From the NCBI GenBank assembly GCA_021789155.1, contig JAJYJW010000002.1, positions 1 to 58,697 of the forward strand: a stretch of 58,697 nucleotides of DNA. The letters are read 5' to 3'. The translations under genes were made by a program, and so were the position numbers. This stretch comes from Candidatus Micrarchaeota archaeon (GTDB lineage: Archaea > Micrarchaeota > Micrarchaeia > Micrarchaeales > CABMGC01). Below are positions 10,093-18,941 of this stretch, in pieces. A model generated the notes under the pieces. It ran no database searches, was not told where the DNA came from, and saw nothing but the letters and a program-made list of their open reading frames with translations. The first letter of the stretch is position 1, and every line of letters begins with the position of its first letter.

Positions 10093-10553
10093 TCACGTTC
10101 CGTCTCGATATCGCCAATCTCTGCGGCCAGCGTTTCGACCAAGCTGCGTATCTGCTTCGCAATCCGAAGCGTGCTGTCGAAATCCTCGTCTGCCGGATCC
10201 TTTATCTCCCATATGCGCATTTTGGGATTGTTCCGCAGGTAATCCGGCATCTCGTCTAAAGAGGTCATGAACACTATTATATTGGCAGATTCCGCTGCTT
10301 CCCGTGTCAGTTGCTTCGATTCCCTCGCAGAGACATCGAAGCCCAGTTCGCGCATCGCTTTCGTTACCTTTGGGCCTGCCTCGCCTATCGTGCGACCTTC
10401 GTATTTCTTCAGACGAGCGGATGCTCCTGCGCTCGACGCAAGATCCGATCCGGCAAGCGCATTGAAGAACGCCTCAGCCATCTGGCTGCGGCCGACATTG
10501 GCACTGCACACAAATAATATTTTTGCGTTTTTCATACCTACACCATAATTCAA
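10089..10553 (-). CDS. low-molecular-weight phosphatase / ArsC-family protein
   Basis: FVCSANVGRSQMAEA (CX5R P-loop) and WEIKDP; no additional redox cysteines. Confidence 0.85.
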   Translation of the reverse strand: MNYGVGMKNAKILFVCSANVGRSQMAEAFFNALAGSDLASSAGASARLKKYEGRTIGEAGPKVTKAMRELGFDVSARESKQLTREAAESANIIVFMTSLDEMPDYLRNNPKMRIWEIKDPADEDFDSTLRIAKQIRSLVETLAAEIGDIETERE

Positions 10554-10569
10554 AACTTTCGATCGCGCA

Positions 10570-12555
10570 TCATCTCTTCAGTTGCCTGAAAGGTATACCC
10601 AACCCCATTATTAAGTTGGCCATGTGCGAGGTAATATTGTCGCGGGATTCGATTCCTGCTATGTTGTCCTTGTTGCCGAAAATTAATTCTACTGCATGCT
10701 CCTTGTCTGCATTGAGACATGCATCCACCGATATAATTGCCTTCTGTCTCAATAATTCCTTGATGCTGTGTATATCTTGCACCTCGACCTTCTCAACGTC
10801 GCTCGGGAATTGCACGGCATTGGAAGCTTTTGCCATCCTTCTCATCTGGACTACGTTGAGCCTTCCGTTTTTCACCAGTTCGAGGTCTATAGGCCCAAAA
10901 GTATCGAACAGCTTCAGCAGGTCCGCCTTTGCGTTGCCAAGGCCTGCTTTTTCCAGAACTTCACCTAGGGTCCCGGAGAACTCCTTTCCGCTTCCGTTCA
11001 CCGCAGCTTCGGGAGTGTCCGCAAAGCTCAGGCTGGCATCGACTTCGTCACGGATGAAAAGGACGATCCCTTGCCCCGCAACCCTTTCCTGCAGCACTAC
11101 CCCACCAAGCGCGTCTTTTGGTATTCCGATTTCCTCTTTCATCCTACCCGCATTCTCTGCAGTAAAACTGCGTACAACTTGGCTTATCGCGGATTCGAGT
11201 TTCGTCTTTTTGTCGATTGGAACGCTTTCGAATACACCTGCAAAATTGCTGTGGGAATCTTCTCCTATCGCGCTTGACCTTGAGATGCCGACCCAACTAA
11301 AATCCGTATCTTTCAGTTTCCTTTTAAGCAGGGATTGCCGTTCAAGGCCTACGCTACTTATGACTACGAACCGCGGAACTTGCAGATTCAATCCGAGCAC
11401 TTCTATCGCCTCCTTCACCGACTTCAGCCCCTGGGCCTTGCCACCTACCAAGGAATTTGGAAAGAAGGAATCCTCTGGATTGATTATGACGAAATCTTCC
11501 ATTGATTTTTCTTTTGCGTCTAACAGTTCCTTCTTCAGTCTATGCACGTTGGAGGCCTTCGCGTTCATCGTGCGTTCATCCATTACTTTTTCCAGTAGCC
11601 TGACAGTGGCTATGCCCTTTGGCGAAGTCGCATCCTTTATGCCAAGCACCTCTGCGTTGCCTGCCATCTCCGCAATCGTTTTCGCAGGAGAGCACACCGA
11701 ATCGAACGTGTCGCCGAGCGAATCGCCGGATTTGAGGCGCAGCCTGGTCCAATTATGGAATCTTATCAGGCTGTTGAAGAAGCTCGATATCTCGCCGTTG
11801 GTTTTGAAATCCGTGTTGCGGACTTCCTTCACGAGCTTCAGCACCTCATCCGCATCCACCTCTTTGCATCCGTGTATGGATCGAAGCACCTCTGTGATGT
11901 GCGTCATTTCCTCAAAATCCCTGCCCACGACAGATGCGAGGCATAGCAGTATTTCCTTTCCCTTCTCGCTTTTCGCATCGATTCCAGTCAGCAGATTAAG
12001 GTTTTCCAGCATGTCCAGTATGCCACTCTCAACCGATCCTGCAAGGTTGAAGGAACCCACGAAGCCCTCTATACTATAGAAATTCTGCATAGCTTCCCAT
12101 GCGGCCACGAACCTATCTGCGCCCTCTTCCACGTTTCGTATTTCTCCCAATTCTTTCCATTTGAGCGCTATGGCCCTGTCGGTAATGATGCTGTCTGCGA
12201 ACAGTTTTTCCAGGTTGAAATTCAGGTTCTTTTCAAACAAAGCTGATTTGGCTGCGAAATCTGGATCCTTCCTCGCCAACGATTCCACCGTTGTGCCAGT
12301 CTTCTTTGCTTCTGCAAGAAGCTCGTCAACGCGCTCCGCTGAATTTAACGCGACCAACGACGGATGCAGCTCGAACGCGTGGAAACATTCGCCCAGGCCG
12401 TTGACTTCGAACTCCTTTTGGTCGAAGAAGCCCCCTCTCGCAAACAAGGAGTCTGTGTGTTGGGCTTGTTCGCGCCGTACCTCGCTTCCCAAAAAGTCCA
12501 ATGCCCTGCCACCTACCCTGCGTAAAGATTGCGTATTCATATTAACACCATACAC
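10570..12555 (-). CDS. PEP-synthase/PPDK-type ATP-grasp plus phospho-His domain protein with a large unknown N-terminal region
   Basis: VGGKAQGL, SRSSAIGEDSHSNFAGVFESV, VVLQERV and a C-terminal TSHMANLIMGLGIP. Confidence 0.7.
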   Translation of the reverse strand: MYGVNMNTQSLRRVGGRALDFLGSEVRREQAQHTDSLFARGGFFDQKEFEVNGLGECFHAFELHPSLVALNSAERVDELLAEAKKTGTTVESLARKDPDFAAKSALFEKNLNFNLEKLFADSIITDRAIALKWKELGEIRNVEEGADRFVAAWEAMQNFYSIEGFVGSFNLAGSVESGILDMLENLNLLTGIDAKSEKGKEILLCLASVVGRDFEEMTHITEVLRSIHGCKEVDADEVLKLVKEVRNTDFKTNGEISSFFNSLIRFHNWTRLRLKSGDSLGDTFDSVCSPAKTIAEMAGNAEVLGIKDATSPKGIATVRLLEKVMDERTMNAKASNVHRLKKELLDAKEKSMEDFVIINPEDSFFPNSLVGGKAQGLKSVKEAIEVLGLNLQVPRFVVISSVGLERQSLLKRKLKDTDFSWVGISRSSAIGEDSHSNFAGVFESVPIDKKTKLESAISQVVRSFTAENAGRMKEEIGIPKDALGGVVLQERVAGQGIVLFIRDEVDASLSFADTPEAAVNGSGKEFSGTLGEVLEKAGLGNAKADLLKLFDTFGPIDLELVKNGRLNVVQMRRMAKASNAVQFPSDVEKVEVQDIHSIKELLRQKAIISVDACLNADKEHAVELIFGNKDNIAGIESRDNITSHMANLIMGLGIPFRQLKR

Positions 12556-12653
12556 TGATTGTTTTAGTGCTCGTACCGTCCCTTTATATGTTGCTGAATA
12601 AAATTCGAATAAATAACCAAAAACTTAATAAATATTGAAGAATATGCAATATT

Positions 12654-13103
12654 ATGAAAAACATCAAAAAAGAGCTGGTGGAACTGATGCACACTGGCTA
12701 CTGTTCGCCGAGGATAGTGGATCTCGCCAAAAAACTGAAAGAGCCTTCGACAACAATACATTACAACATAAAGCAGATGGAGAAGAGCAAGGAGATCAAA
12801 GCATTCAAGGCGGTGTTCGACTACAAGCTTATAGACGAGGGGCTATGCAACTATGTCCTGATAAACCTGACTCCTGATGAATATGGCAACCCCGAACGCA
12901 TCGGGAAGGAACTGGTCAGTTTTCCCCAGATAGAGAGCATAGACATAGCTACTGGCGGCTGGGAGATGATACTCAAAGTCAGGACGAAGGACGTTGACGA
13001 ATTTTATCAGTTCGTGAAGAACGTACTTTCGAAAAAAGGCATCGCGAAAACAACCTCACTAACCTCGTTAAAGCAATTGAAGACCGAATTCGTTGGAATT
13101 TGA
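12654..13103 (+). CDS. Lrp/AsnC family transcriptional regulator
   Basis: N-terminal HTH (IVDLAKKLKEPSTTIHYNIKQME) and a RAM domain (ATGGWEMILKVRTKD); divergent from the three-gene operon. Confidence 0.88.
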   Translation: MKNIKKELVELMHTGYCSPRIVDLAKKLKEPSTTIHYNIKQMEKSKEIKAFKAVFDYKLIDEGLCNYVLINLTPDEYGNPERIGKELVSFPQIESIDIATGGWEMILKVRTKDVDEFYQFVKNVLSKKGIAKTTSLTSLKQLKTEFVGI

Positions 13104-13168
13104 CTGCAGAGTGAATAGTGGTGTGGCATATAATCACATAAAATAGCGAATCCTTTATTGTCGTTTAG

Positions 13169-13221
13169 TTTTTAGACTTGTATGTCGATTAAAGCTCTTC
13201 ACTTTGCATATTGACGAACCC
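13169..13221 (+). repeat. 53-bp direct repeat, right copy
   Basis: Matches 8836-8888 at 52/53 positions; TCGTTTA also precedes both copies. Confidence 0.9.
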
Positions 13222-13266
13222 CAACTTCGTCTTTTTATAACTGTCAAATCTATTCGTAGTGATAAC

Positions 13267-13878
13267 ATGCTCGTAATGGACCATAAGAAGATTTCGGTGG
13301 TAGAAGAAGCACCTACAGAAACCACGCACATACAGATAGAAAGGTCAGACAAGAAAAGCGAGTACAAGACCGAGGCAATACAGGCAGTTTTGAGACCGTG
13401 TTTTGAAAACAATAAAATTGGGCAACCGATATCTATTTCGTATAACCTCGCAGAAGATCTTCTTAGAGCATCAGAGGAGTACAACAATATTGAGAGCATA
13501 GCGTGGAATGCTAACTATGCCGTTTTCAAGTATTACGAACAGAGTTTGCAGATAAGCGAAGAAGCGAAAAAAGAGTACGCAAGCCAGCTTTCAAATGCGT
13601 TAGAAGAAGGCGAACTAGTAATCAAAAAGTGCGCAAAATTATTCGAATACTTGAATGAAAAAGTAGAGATCAATGAAGGCAAAATGCCCTCGCAAATACT
13701 CGTTTTCTCAAATGATGGCGTTTCCAGCAAGCACTACGAACTTAATAATCTGATCGAACGTGATTGGGAGCACAGCAAGCTAAAGAGACGCTTGATCGAC
13801 ACAAAAAAGGCACTTGAAAGAATACCTAGTTCTACTGTTAATCTACTAAAAGAACAAAAACGAACTGCTCAGATTTAA
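13267..13878 (+). CDS. hypothetical helical protein
   Basis: ORF 13204-13878; ATG at 13267 is preferred because TTTTTATAA lies about 30 bp upstream. Confidence 0.6.
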   Translation: MLVMDHKKISVVEEAPTETTHIQIERSDKKSEYKTEAIQAVLRPCFENNKIGQPISISYNLAEDLLRASEEYNNIESIAWNANYAVFKYYEQSLQISEEAKKEYASQLSNALEEGELVIKKCAKLFEYLNEKVEINEGKMPSQILVFSNDGVSSKHYELNNLIERDWEHSKLKRRLIDTKKALERIPSSTVNLLKEQKRTAQI

Positions 13879-13894
13879 TTTTTCTTAAATTATT

Positions 13895-13918
13895 TTAGCA
13901 AAACTAACAAATTTTTGG
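13895..13918. promoter_or_regulatory. phased palindromic motif TTRG-N5-CYAA-N7-TTRG, copy 1
   Basis: TTAG-caaaa-CTAA-caaattt-TTGG. Confidence 0.5.
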
Positions 13919-13969
13919 TCAAATTCAACAGCGATTAAATACCTGAAATTTCATAATTAATACGATTGC

Positions 13970-14602
13970 GTGGGGGTTATTACAATACAACAAGAGGATA
14001 GCGCAGCCTTGCATGTTGAGAAGCTGCATGGATTGGCCAGAGTGTTTAACAGATACGTTCTGAAAGAAATCGATATTAACAACTCCGCCAATTTCAAGGA
14101 CTCGGTAAGATCTTCGATTACTCCTAGCGAAGGGCTTGATAACCTTGAGCTGGAAAAAGCATCCGAGGCGATGGACGAGGAGATACTTTGGTGCAAATAC
14201 AATGTCAAAGATCCAAACGGCTCATTCGAGGTACTTGAAGCAACAGTAGACTTGGGCGAAAGCGTGCTAAGGGCTGCTAATGCCATACCTCATCCAGGCT
14301 ACCTTGCAACCGTATACCTTCACAACATAATAGCATCCGAGCACGTGATGCTCTTCACCGTTGCAGCCATAGAGGAGCAACAGGTACTTACTGAAAAGAT
14401 AACCGATCCTGCAAATAAGCTAGAAGAGAGCAAGTACAGATTTAAAATGACGCAACATATAAACGAAACGATAAGCAGGCTCGGAAGGATAGACAGAAAT
14501 CGCATTCCTTGGCAATTAAGCCTTAACAGGCTCACCGAACTTAATGCTTCAGCGCCAACAAAAACGGTCAACGATGCATCGCAGCAGCAGTCAGAGGTGT
14601 GA
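13970..14602 (+). CDS. hypothetical protein
   Basis: 210-aa ORF with no recognisable motif. Confidence 0.6.
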   Translation: MGVITIQQEDSAALHVEKLHGLARVFNRYVLKEIDINNSANFKDSVRSSITPSEGLDNLELEKASEAMDEEILWCKYNVKDPNGSFEVLEATVDLGESVLRAANAIPHPGYLATVYLHNIIASEHVMLFTVAAIEEQQVLTEKITDPANKLEESKYRFKMTQHINETISRLGRIDRNRIPWQLSLNRLTELNASAPTKTVNDASQQQSEV

Positions 14603-15217
14603 CCTTAACAGGTTCGCCATTCTTTCCCGTTTCTCAATGTAATATGCGTTGGGAAATTCCCTTACATATATTGCAGCGTCATCGATGGAGTCGAACGTTT
14701 CCACGTCATAGTCGTGTTTGATTGAGAATTTGTTGTAAACCGCTACTTTGCCCTCTTCAAACCATATCTGGGTTGGCGGGGTCATGTCCTCCTTGATGTG
14801 CTTATGCTGCAGGGTAACCTCCATGTATGGTTCCGGAAGCCCAAGATACGCTGTCTCTGGGGAATTCTTAGGTGTTCTGTGTTTGAATATCCTTATCTTT
14901 GAACTAGGCACAGAGGGTATTAACTCTGATTTAAGTCGCTCGAGGTTTTTGAGCTCAATCTTTTTTACTTCGATGCTTTTGTCCGCGAATCTATGGTGTG
15001 GGAGAAGCGCCTCCTCGTCGTTACGTGGCATTTCTGCATCTGAAATGAGCATATGTGCCACTTCTTCTAGTACGTGCTTGGCTAGAGGAGATGGATTTGG
15101 ATCCAACTCGGTTATTTTTTTGATAAGAGCATTTACGTTTTCAACCCTTTGCTCCTTGCTTCCAAGCACACTGAAATTCGCGCCATTCTGGTTCTTACGC
15201 GATTCCTTCGTTTTCAT
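14591..15217 (-). CDS. hypothetical protein
   Basis: 208-aa ORF with an upstream TTTAAATA box. Confidence 0.6.
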   Translation of the reverse strand: MKTKESRKNQNGANFSVLGSKEQRVENVNALIKKITELDPNPSPLAKHVLEEVAHMLISDAEMPRNDEEALLPHHRFADKSIEVKKIELKNLERLKSELIPSVPSSKIRIFKHRTPKNSPETAYLGLPEPYMEVTLQHKHIKEDMTPPTQIWFEEGKVAVYNKFSIKHDYDVETFDSIDDAAIYVREFPNAYYIEKRERMANLLRSHL

Positions 15218-15284
15218 AAGACCATTTTGATTTTCAGCATATTTAAATATTGGGCATTATTCGTTCAGACGGAATAACTCTGAG

Positions 15285-15662
15285 CTACTCCTGCTCTGCC
15301 CTGGGTTTGTCTATTGGCAACCCATAGGGGAACAGGTAAACCTTGCCGCTTTGCGTGTCTATAGCCTCCATTTCTTTATGGGCGCGCAAATATCCCTTGA
15401 TATCTTGAACGTCAAGCATGATATTATGGCCTATATCAGCTAGATCCTGCTTCTTATCCTCTTTTGTGGGTTTTGCGTTGCCCTCCTCCGTAGACCTGAA
15501 TACAACCAGCATTGCGGATACATCGATGCCTAAATACTCCTTTAGCAATTCCTTTAGGCTTGACGCCTCCGCGGCTACTTTTTCGTTTTTAGCTCCGAGT
15601 ATTTTTGCGGTTTCGCTGTTCTGGTTTGGAAGTTTTTCCATATCCGTACTCTTCTTGCGCAT
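15285..15662 (-). CDS. hypothetical protein
   Basis: 125-aa ORF. Confidence 0.55.
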   Translation of the reverse strand: MRKKSTDMEKLPNQNSETAKILGAKNEKVAAEASSLKELLKEYLGIDVSAMLVVFRSTEEGNAKPTKEDKKQDLADIGHNIMLDVQDIKGYLRAHKEMEAIDTQSGKVYLFPYGLPIDKPRAEQE

Positions 15663-15805
15663 TTCAATCGTATATGCTTACTAATTTGGATTGATAAATA
15701 ACATTCGATAATTGTTTATAACTGTGCAAGGCCTTTTGTTGAAATCAGAAATAGTTTTTAGACATTTTTATGTCTTATAAATTCTAACAAATCTTTAAAA
15801 ACCAA

Positions 15806-16258
15806 ATGAATAAATGTTTCATCAGTGTGCGAATGAAAATACTACGTAATCCGTTTGCAGCTCAACTGCCAACTGAGGAAGATAAATGTGCATCATGTAA
15901 ACGCGCATTTAGGAATGACGATATTTTCTTAAATGGCAAGAACGCTGCCAAGCTTCTTAGCAATTTCGAAATGTTCAAAGACTGCTTAAAGGGAAGATCA
16001 AAGCTGTTTTTGCATATGGAACCTTGCGCAAACGAGCTGAGACGCAATATTCCGGAAGAAGAAGCAAAACCACGCATTGCGATTTCTAAGCATGATTTGG
16101 TGGCATTTGCAGCTAATTCTCTTCCTGCAGTAGGAGCGGTTGCAATTATATGTGCAGACATGGCAGCGTATTTGGTAAATCCTGTGCTGTTTCTGATATT
16201 AATTTGCGCAAACCCTTTCGTGGGAATTAAAATAGCAGATTTTTATTTTGATAAATGA
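15806..16258 (+). CDS. putative Zn-finger membrane protein (CxxC...HxExC plus two C-terminal TM segments)
   Basis: CASC...HMEPC and a hydrophobic C-terminus; similar to 18942-19358. Confidence 0.55.
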   Translation: MNKCFISVRMKILRNPFAAQLPTEEDKCASCKRAFRNDDIFLNGKNAAKLLSNFEMFKDCLKGRSKLFLHMEPCANELRRNIPEEEAKPRIAISKHDLVAFAANSLPAVGAVAIICADMAAYLVNPVLFLILICANPFVGIKIADFYFDK

Positions 16259-16297
16259 ACGGTTTTTGGGCATGCATATTGCTTTTCTCAAATAATG

Positions 16298-16330
16298 TTA
16301 GTAAAACCAATATATACTTAGTATAACTAA
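16298..16330. promoter_or_regulatory. phased palindromic motif, copy 2 (two tandem units)
   Basis: TTAG-taaaa-CCAA-tatatac-TTAG-tataa-CTAA. Confidence 0.55.
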
Positions 16331-16381
16331 AACTTGATACTAAACGCTTTAATGTGATGTGAACAAATATTGTTGATATAA

Positions 16382-16984
16382 GTGGTGGGTGTCATAGAGA
16401 TTACTAAAACAGCCAACGAGATACGCGATGCGCTAAAGAATACCGTAAAAGCGATAGACCCTATTGACGGCATCGAAAGCGAGCATAGAAAGGATGCGCT
16501 TGAATGGATAGCAAGCGGCGCTGAAGTGTACAGAATCGAGAAGCCGGACAAACCGCCGAAGCACTTTGTTTCCTATGTGGTGCCAGTAGATGTTGAGAAT
16601 AGGCTGGTGCTTCTAGTAGATCACATAAAAGCACGACTTTGGCTTCCTCCTGGCGGACATGTCGAACGCAACGAATTTCCTGATGAAACTGCCCGAAGAG
16701 AATGTCTGGAGGAACTTGGCATAACCGCAGAATTTCTGTTTGGTCCTAAGCCCTTCTTCATAACACAGGCTGTCACCGTAGGCCAAACCGCAGGCCATAC
16801 GGACGTGAGTTTATGGTATGTTATAAAAATGAACAGCAGGAAAGATGTAGTTTACGATAAACACGAATTCAATAGTATAAGGTGGTTTGGCTTCGAAGAG
16901 CTAATGTCAGTAAAACGCGATGATTTAGATCCGCATTTCATCAGATTCATGCGTAAATTGCAAAATCATCTGGCATTGCAATAA
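16382..16984 (+). CDS. NUDIX hydrolase
   Basis: WLPPGGHVERNEFPDETARRECLEELGI Nudix box. Confidence 0.9.
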   Translation: MVGVIEITKTANEIRDALKNTVKAIDPIDGIESEHRKDALEWIASGAEVYRIEKPDKPPKHFVSYVVPVDVENRLVLLVDHIKARLWLPPGGHVERNEFPDETARRECLEELGITAEFLFGPKPFFITQAVTVGQTAGHTDVSLWYVIKMNSRKDVVYDKHEFNSIRWFGFEELMSVKRDDLDPHFIRFMRKLQNHLALQ

Positions 16985-17021
16985 CACTAAAACTATTTTA
17001 GTATTACCAATATAATCTTGG
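16983..17021. promoter_or_regulatory. phased palindromic motif, copy 3
   Basis: aacaCTAA-aactatt-TTAG-tatta-CCAA-tataatc-TTGG. Confidence 0.55.
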
Positions 17022-17457
17022 TTGAGTATGAATAAGCAACAAACTCGTCTATTTACTTCTCAAAACTTTGGAATATTAGTTTTTAGCATGTTTGGATTTT
17101 TGTTTTTCATTTCATTGAAACAAAAAAGCGATCAACAAAAAGCGTTCATTCCATTTTTTTGGAAATAAGGGGCTTTTGGTGAAGGGGGCTGTATTGAACG
17201 CGAAAAGGGTTTATTTTTTGGCGTTTTTCTCAAGAGGTATATTTTCATAGCATTTTTCTGAAAAATGCATTTTCAATATCAAATAATTGAAAAAATAAAA
17301 AGGCACTAATTTTGTTTAGTTTTATCCTGGTATAAAACCAGATTCGCCGTTTTCGACGACAAAAAATTGCACGAAAAATAGCCTGTTTTTGCAGATAAAT
17401 TTTTCTATGGCTAAATACTCATTAAAAGAAAGGTATGCTTAAAACGCAAAATAAAGC

Positions 17458-17496
17458 AATACTAAAAGAATATTAGAAAAACTAACATTATATTAA
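17458..17496. promoter_or_regulatory. phased palindromic motif, copy 4
   Basis: aataCTAA-aagaata-TTAG-aaaaa-CTAA-cattata-TTAA. Confidence 0.55.
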
Positions 17497-17501
17497 TTTC
17501 A

Positions 17502-17906
17502 CTATTGTATTGTTTGAGAAACATCAGTTACGTTTATTTTTCGCTCAGTTTTGCTGCATGTTTGATAAAAATACCAACTGAACCTAATTTTCTTAATGCT
17601 CTCCACATATCCTTCTTTCGGTATTATTTCTATATCTCTGCCTGAAGGACGTAGCGTTGCTATTAACAATTCGCTTTCTGGTTTTTTGCTTTCAGTATCT
17701 TCTCTGGAAAGATCGGCAAAAACCTTCACTTCTTTTCTGTTACGCAGAAGGTTTGTCTTAACCCTTAAGCTTGATATAAACTCCTTGCCATCTACGGTAA
17801 CGTGCTCTTTGCAGTTGCCTAGTTCTTTGCTTATCTGCTCTGCTACCTGCTTCATGAGCTTTTTCGATGGCACATCCCAATTGGAAAATTGGACTTCGTT
17901 TGACAT
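17502..17906 (-). CDS. hypothetical protein
   Basis: 134-aa ORF with an upstream TTTATAAA box. Confidence 0.6.
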   Translation of the reverse strand: MSNEVQFSNWDVPSKKLMKQVAEQISKELGNCKEHVTVDGKEFISSLRVKTNLLRNRKEVKVFADLSREDTESKKPESELLIATLRPSGRDIEIIPKEGYVESIKKIRFSWYFYQTCSKTERKINVTDVSQTIQ

Positions 17907-17986
17907 AATGACCTTTTAAAAGAACACGTGGGATATTTATAAACTTTAACTGATGTTTGTTTTCAAGTAGGAGTATTCGCACATGC

Positions 17987-18016
17987 AATACTAAAATACT
18001 ATTAGAAATTCTAATA
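17987..18016. promoter_or_regulatory. phased palindromic motif, copy 5
   Basis: aataCTAA-aatacta-TTAG-aaatt-CTAA; contains the perfect inverted repeat TATTAGAA-A-TTCTAATA at 18000-18016. Confidence 0.55.
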
Positions 18017-18019
18017 TTA

Positions 18020-18553
18020 TTAGAGTTTCATTTGTTTTTCATCCTGTGAAGCTGCTAATTCGTCAACTTCCTTTCGCAGTAAATCAACGAACGTACCTTG
18101 TAGTATTATCTTCTGCTCCTGCTTCTTGTACTGCGTTACAATATCCTCAAACTTCTTAGCTTCAGCATGATTCGCATCTGTGCGATCGTATATTTGGCTG
18201 TCTATCTTGATTCCGTAAATGGTGTTCTTGACTATCTTCATCGATGCACATCTGTTGATGATATTTTGATCCATTTTTATTAGATATCGTTGTGCTTCTT
18301 TCTTTAGTTCATTCAACGCAGAACGTTCCGTAAAGTTCCTCATAGCACATACTATGTCGCTTACCTTAAGCCTGTTTTCCTCAAAAGCCACACCTGCAGC
18401 ATTCGTGTAGTCTAAAATTCTCTTCTGAATAGTCACTATCTTTCCCAAAGCGTTATCGTCAGATGCAATATGTGCATTTGCATTTGAAACGACCTGTGGT
18501 GCAATAGAGCTTACGCTAGCCTTTTCAATTGATAATCCCATTTCCCCATCCAA
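18020..18553 (-). CDS. hypothetical coiled-coil protein
   Basis: 177-aa ORF. Confidence 0.55.
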   Translation of the reverse strand: MDGEMGLSIEKASVSSIAPQVVSNANAHIASDDNALGKIVTIQKRILDYTNAAGVAFEENRLKVSDIVCAMRNFTERSALNELKKEAQRYLIKMDQNIINRCASMKIVKNTIYGIKIDSQIYDRTDANHAEAKKFEDIVTQYKKQEQKIILQGTFVDLLRKEVDELAASQDEKQMKL

Positions 18554-18656
18554 AGATTATTTTGCAGTTTCTCCTATTTAATCCTTCAGATGATATTCTT
18601 ACGAATAAAAGCATATTACTAAAAGATCATTAAACTGCAATGAAAAGCATTCGAAC

Positions 18657-18887
18657 TCAAGCAATGGTTGTGCGTCTAATTTGCCTTGCAGAAAACGCTT
18701 CCCTATGCGTTTCATTTACTGATCTAAACCAGAACTCTGCCTCGAAAATGTTTTTGTTGTCCTTATGGGAATCGCCGGTTACTGGATACTTTTCATTGGC
18801 TATCTTAGCGAGCAATTTGTCAGAAATAGATTCTGTTTTTCCGCTTACCCAAGAATCAAAGATTAACTGCTCCTCTTTAGTTACCAT
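18657..18887 (-). CDS. small hypothetical protein
   Basis: 76-aa ORF co-oriented with its neighbours. Confidence 0.45.
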   Translation of the reverse strand: MVTKEEQLIFDSWVSGKTESISDKLLAKIANEKYPVTGDSHKDNKNIFEAEFWFRSVNETHREAFSARQIRRTTIA

Positions 18888-18941
18888 GAAAACATCATCA
18901 TTAATTGAATTTTGATGTTTTTAGGCTTTATGTGCTGAACC

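Larger units (their letters stand above)
8836..13221. mobile_element. putative integrated cassette bounded by 53-bp direct repeats
   Basis: Direct repeats 4333 bp apart; the interior looks GC-richer than the flanks; no integrase is visible. Confidence 0.45.

Noticed and set aside
10523..12079. 518-aa plus-strand ORF
   Set aside because: It is the antisense shadow of the motif-bearing 10570-12555 gene, with a Ser/Phe-rich composition typical of reverse frames. The same applies to most short overlapping ORFs in the track.
15752..15781. Third copy of the 53-bp repeat (TAGTTTTTAGAC...TATGTC)
   Set aside because: Only about 12 bp match exactly in AT-rich DNA, which is compatible with chance.
8392..17906. 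Paralogy between 8392-8778 and 17502-17906
   Set aside because: Only scattered matches (VA..SK.L.N, LR, IAT); too weak to assert without a profile alignment.
13884..18633. CRISPR array or classical integron attC array
   Set aside because: The repeats are degenerate and hundreds of bp apart; there are no cas or intI genes and no RYYYAAC/GTTRRRY boxes.
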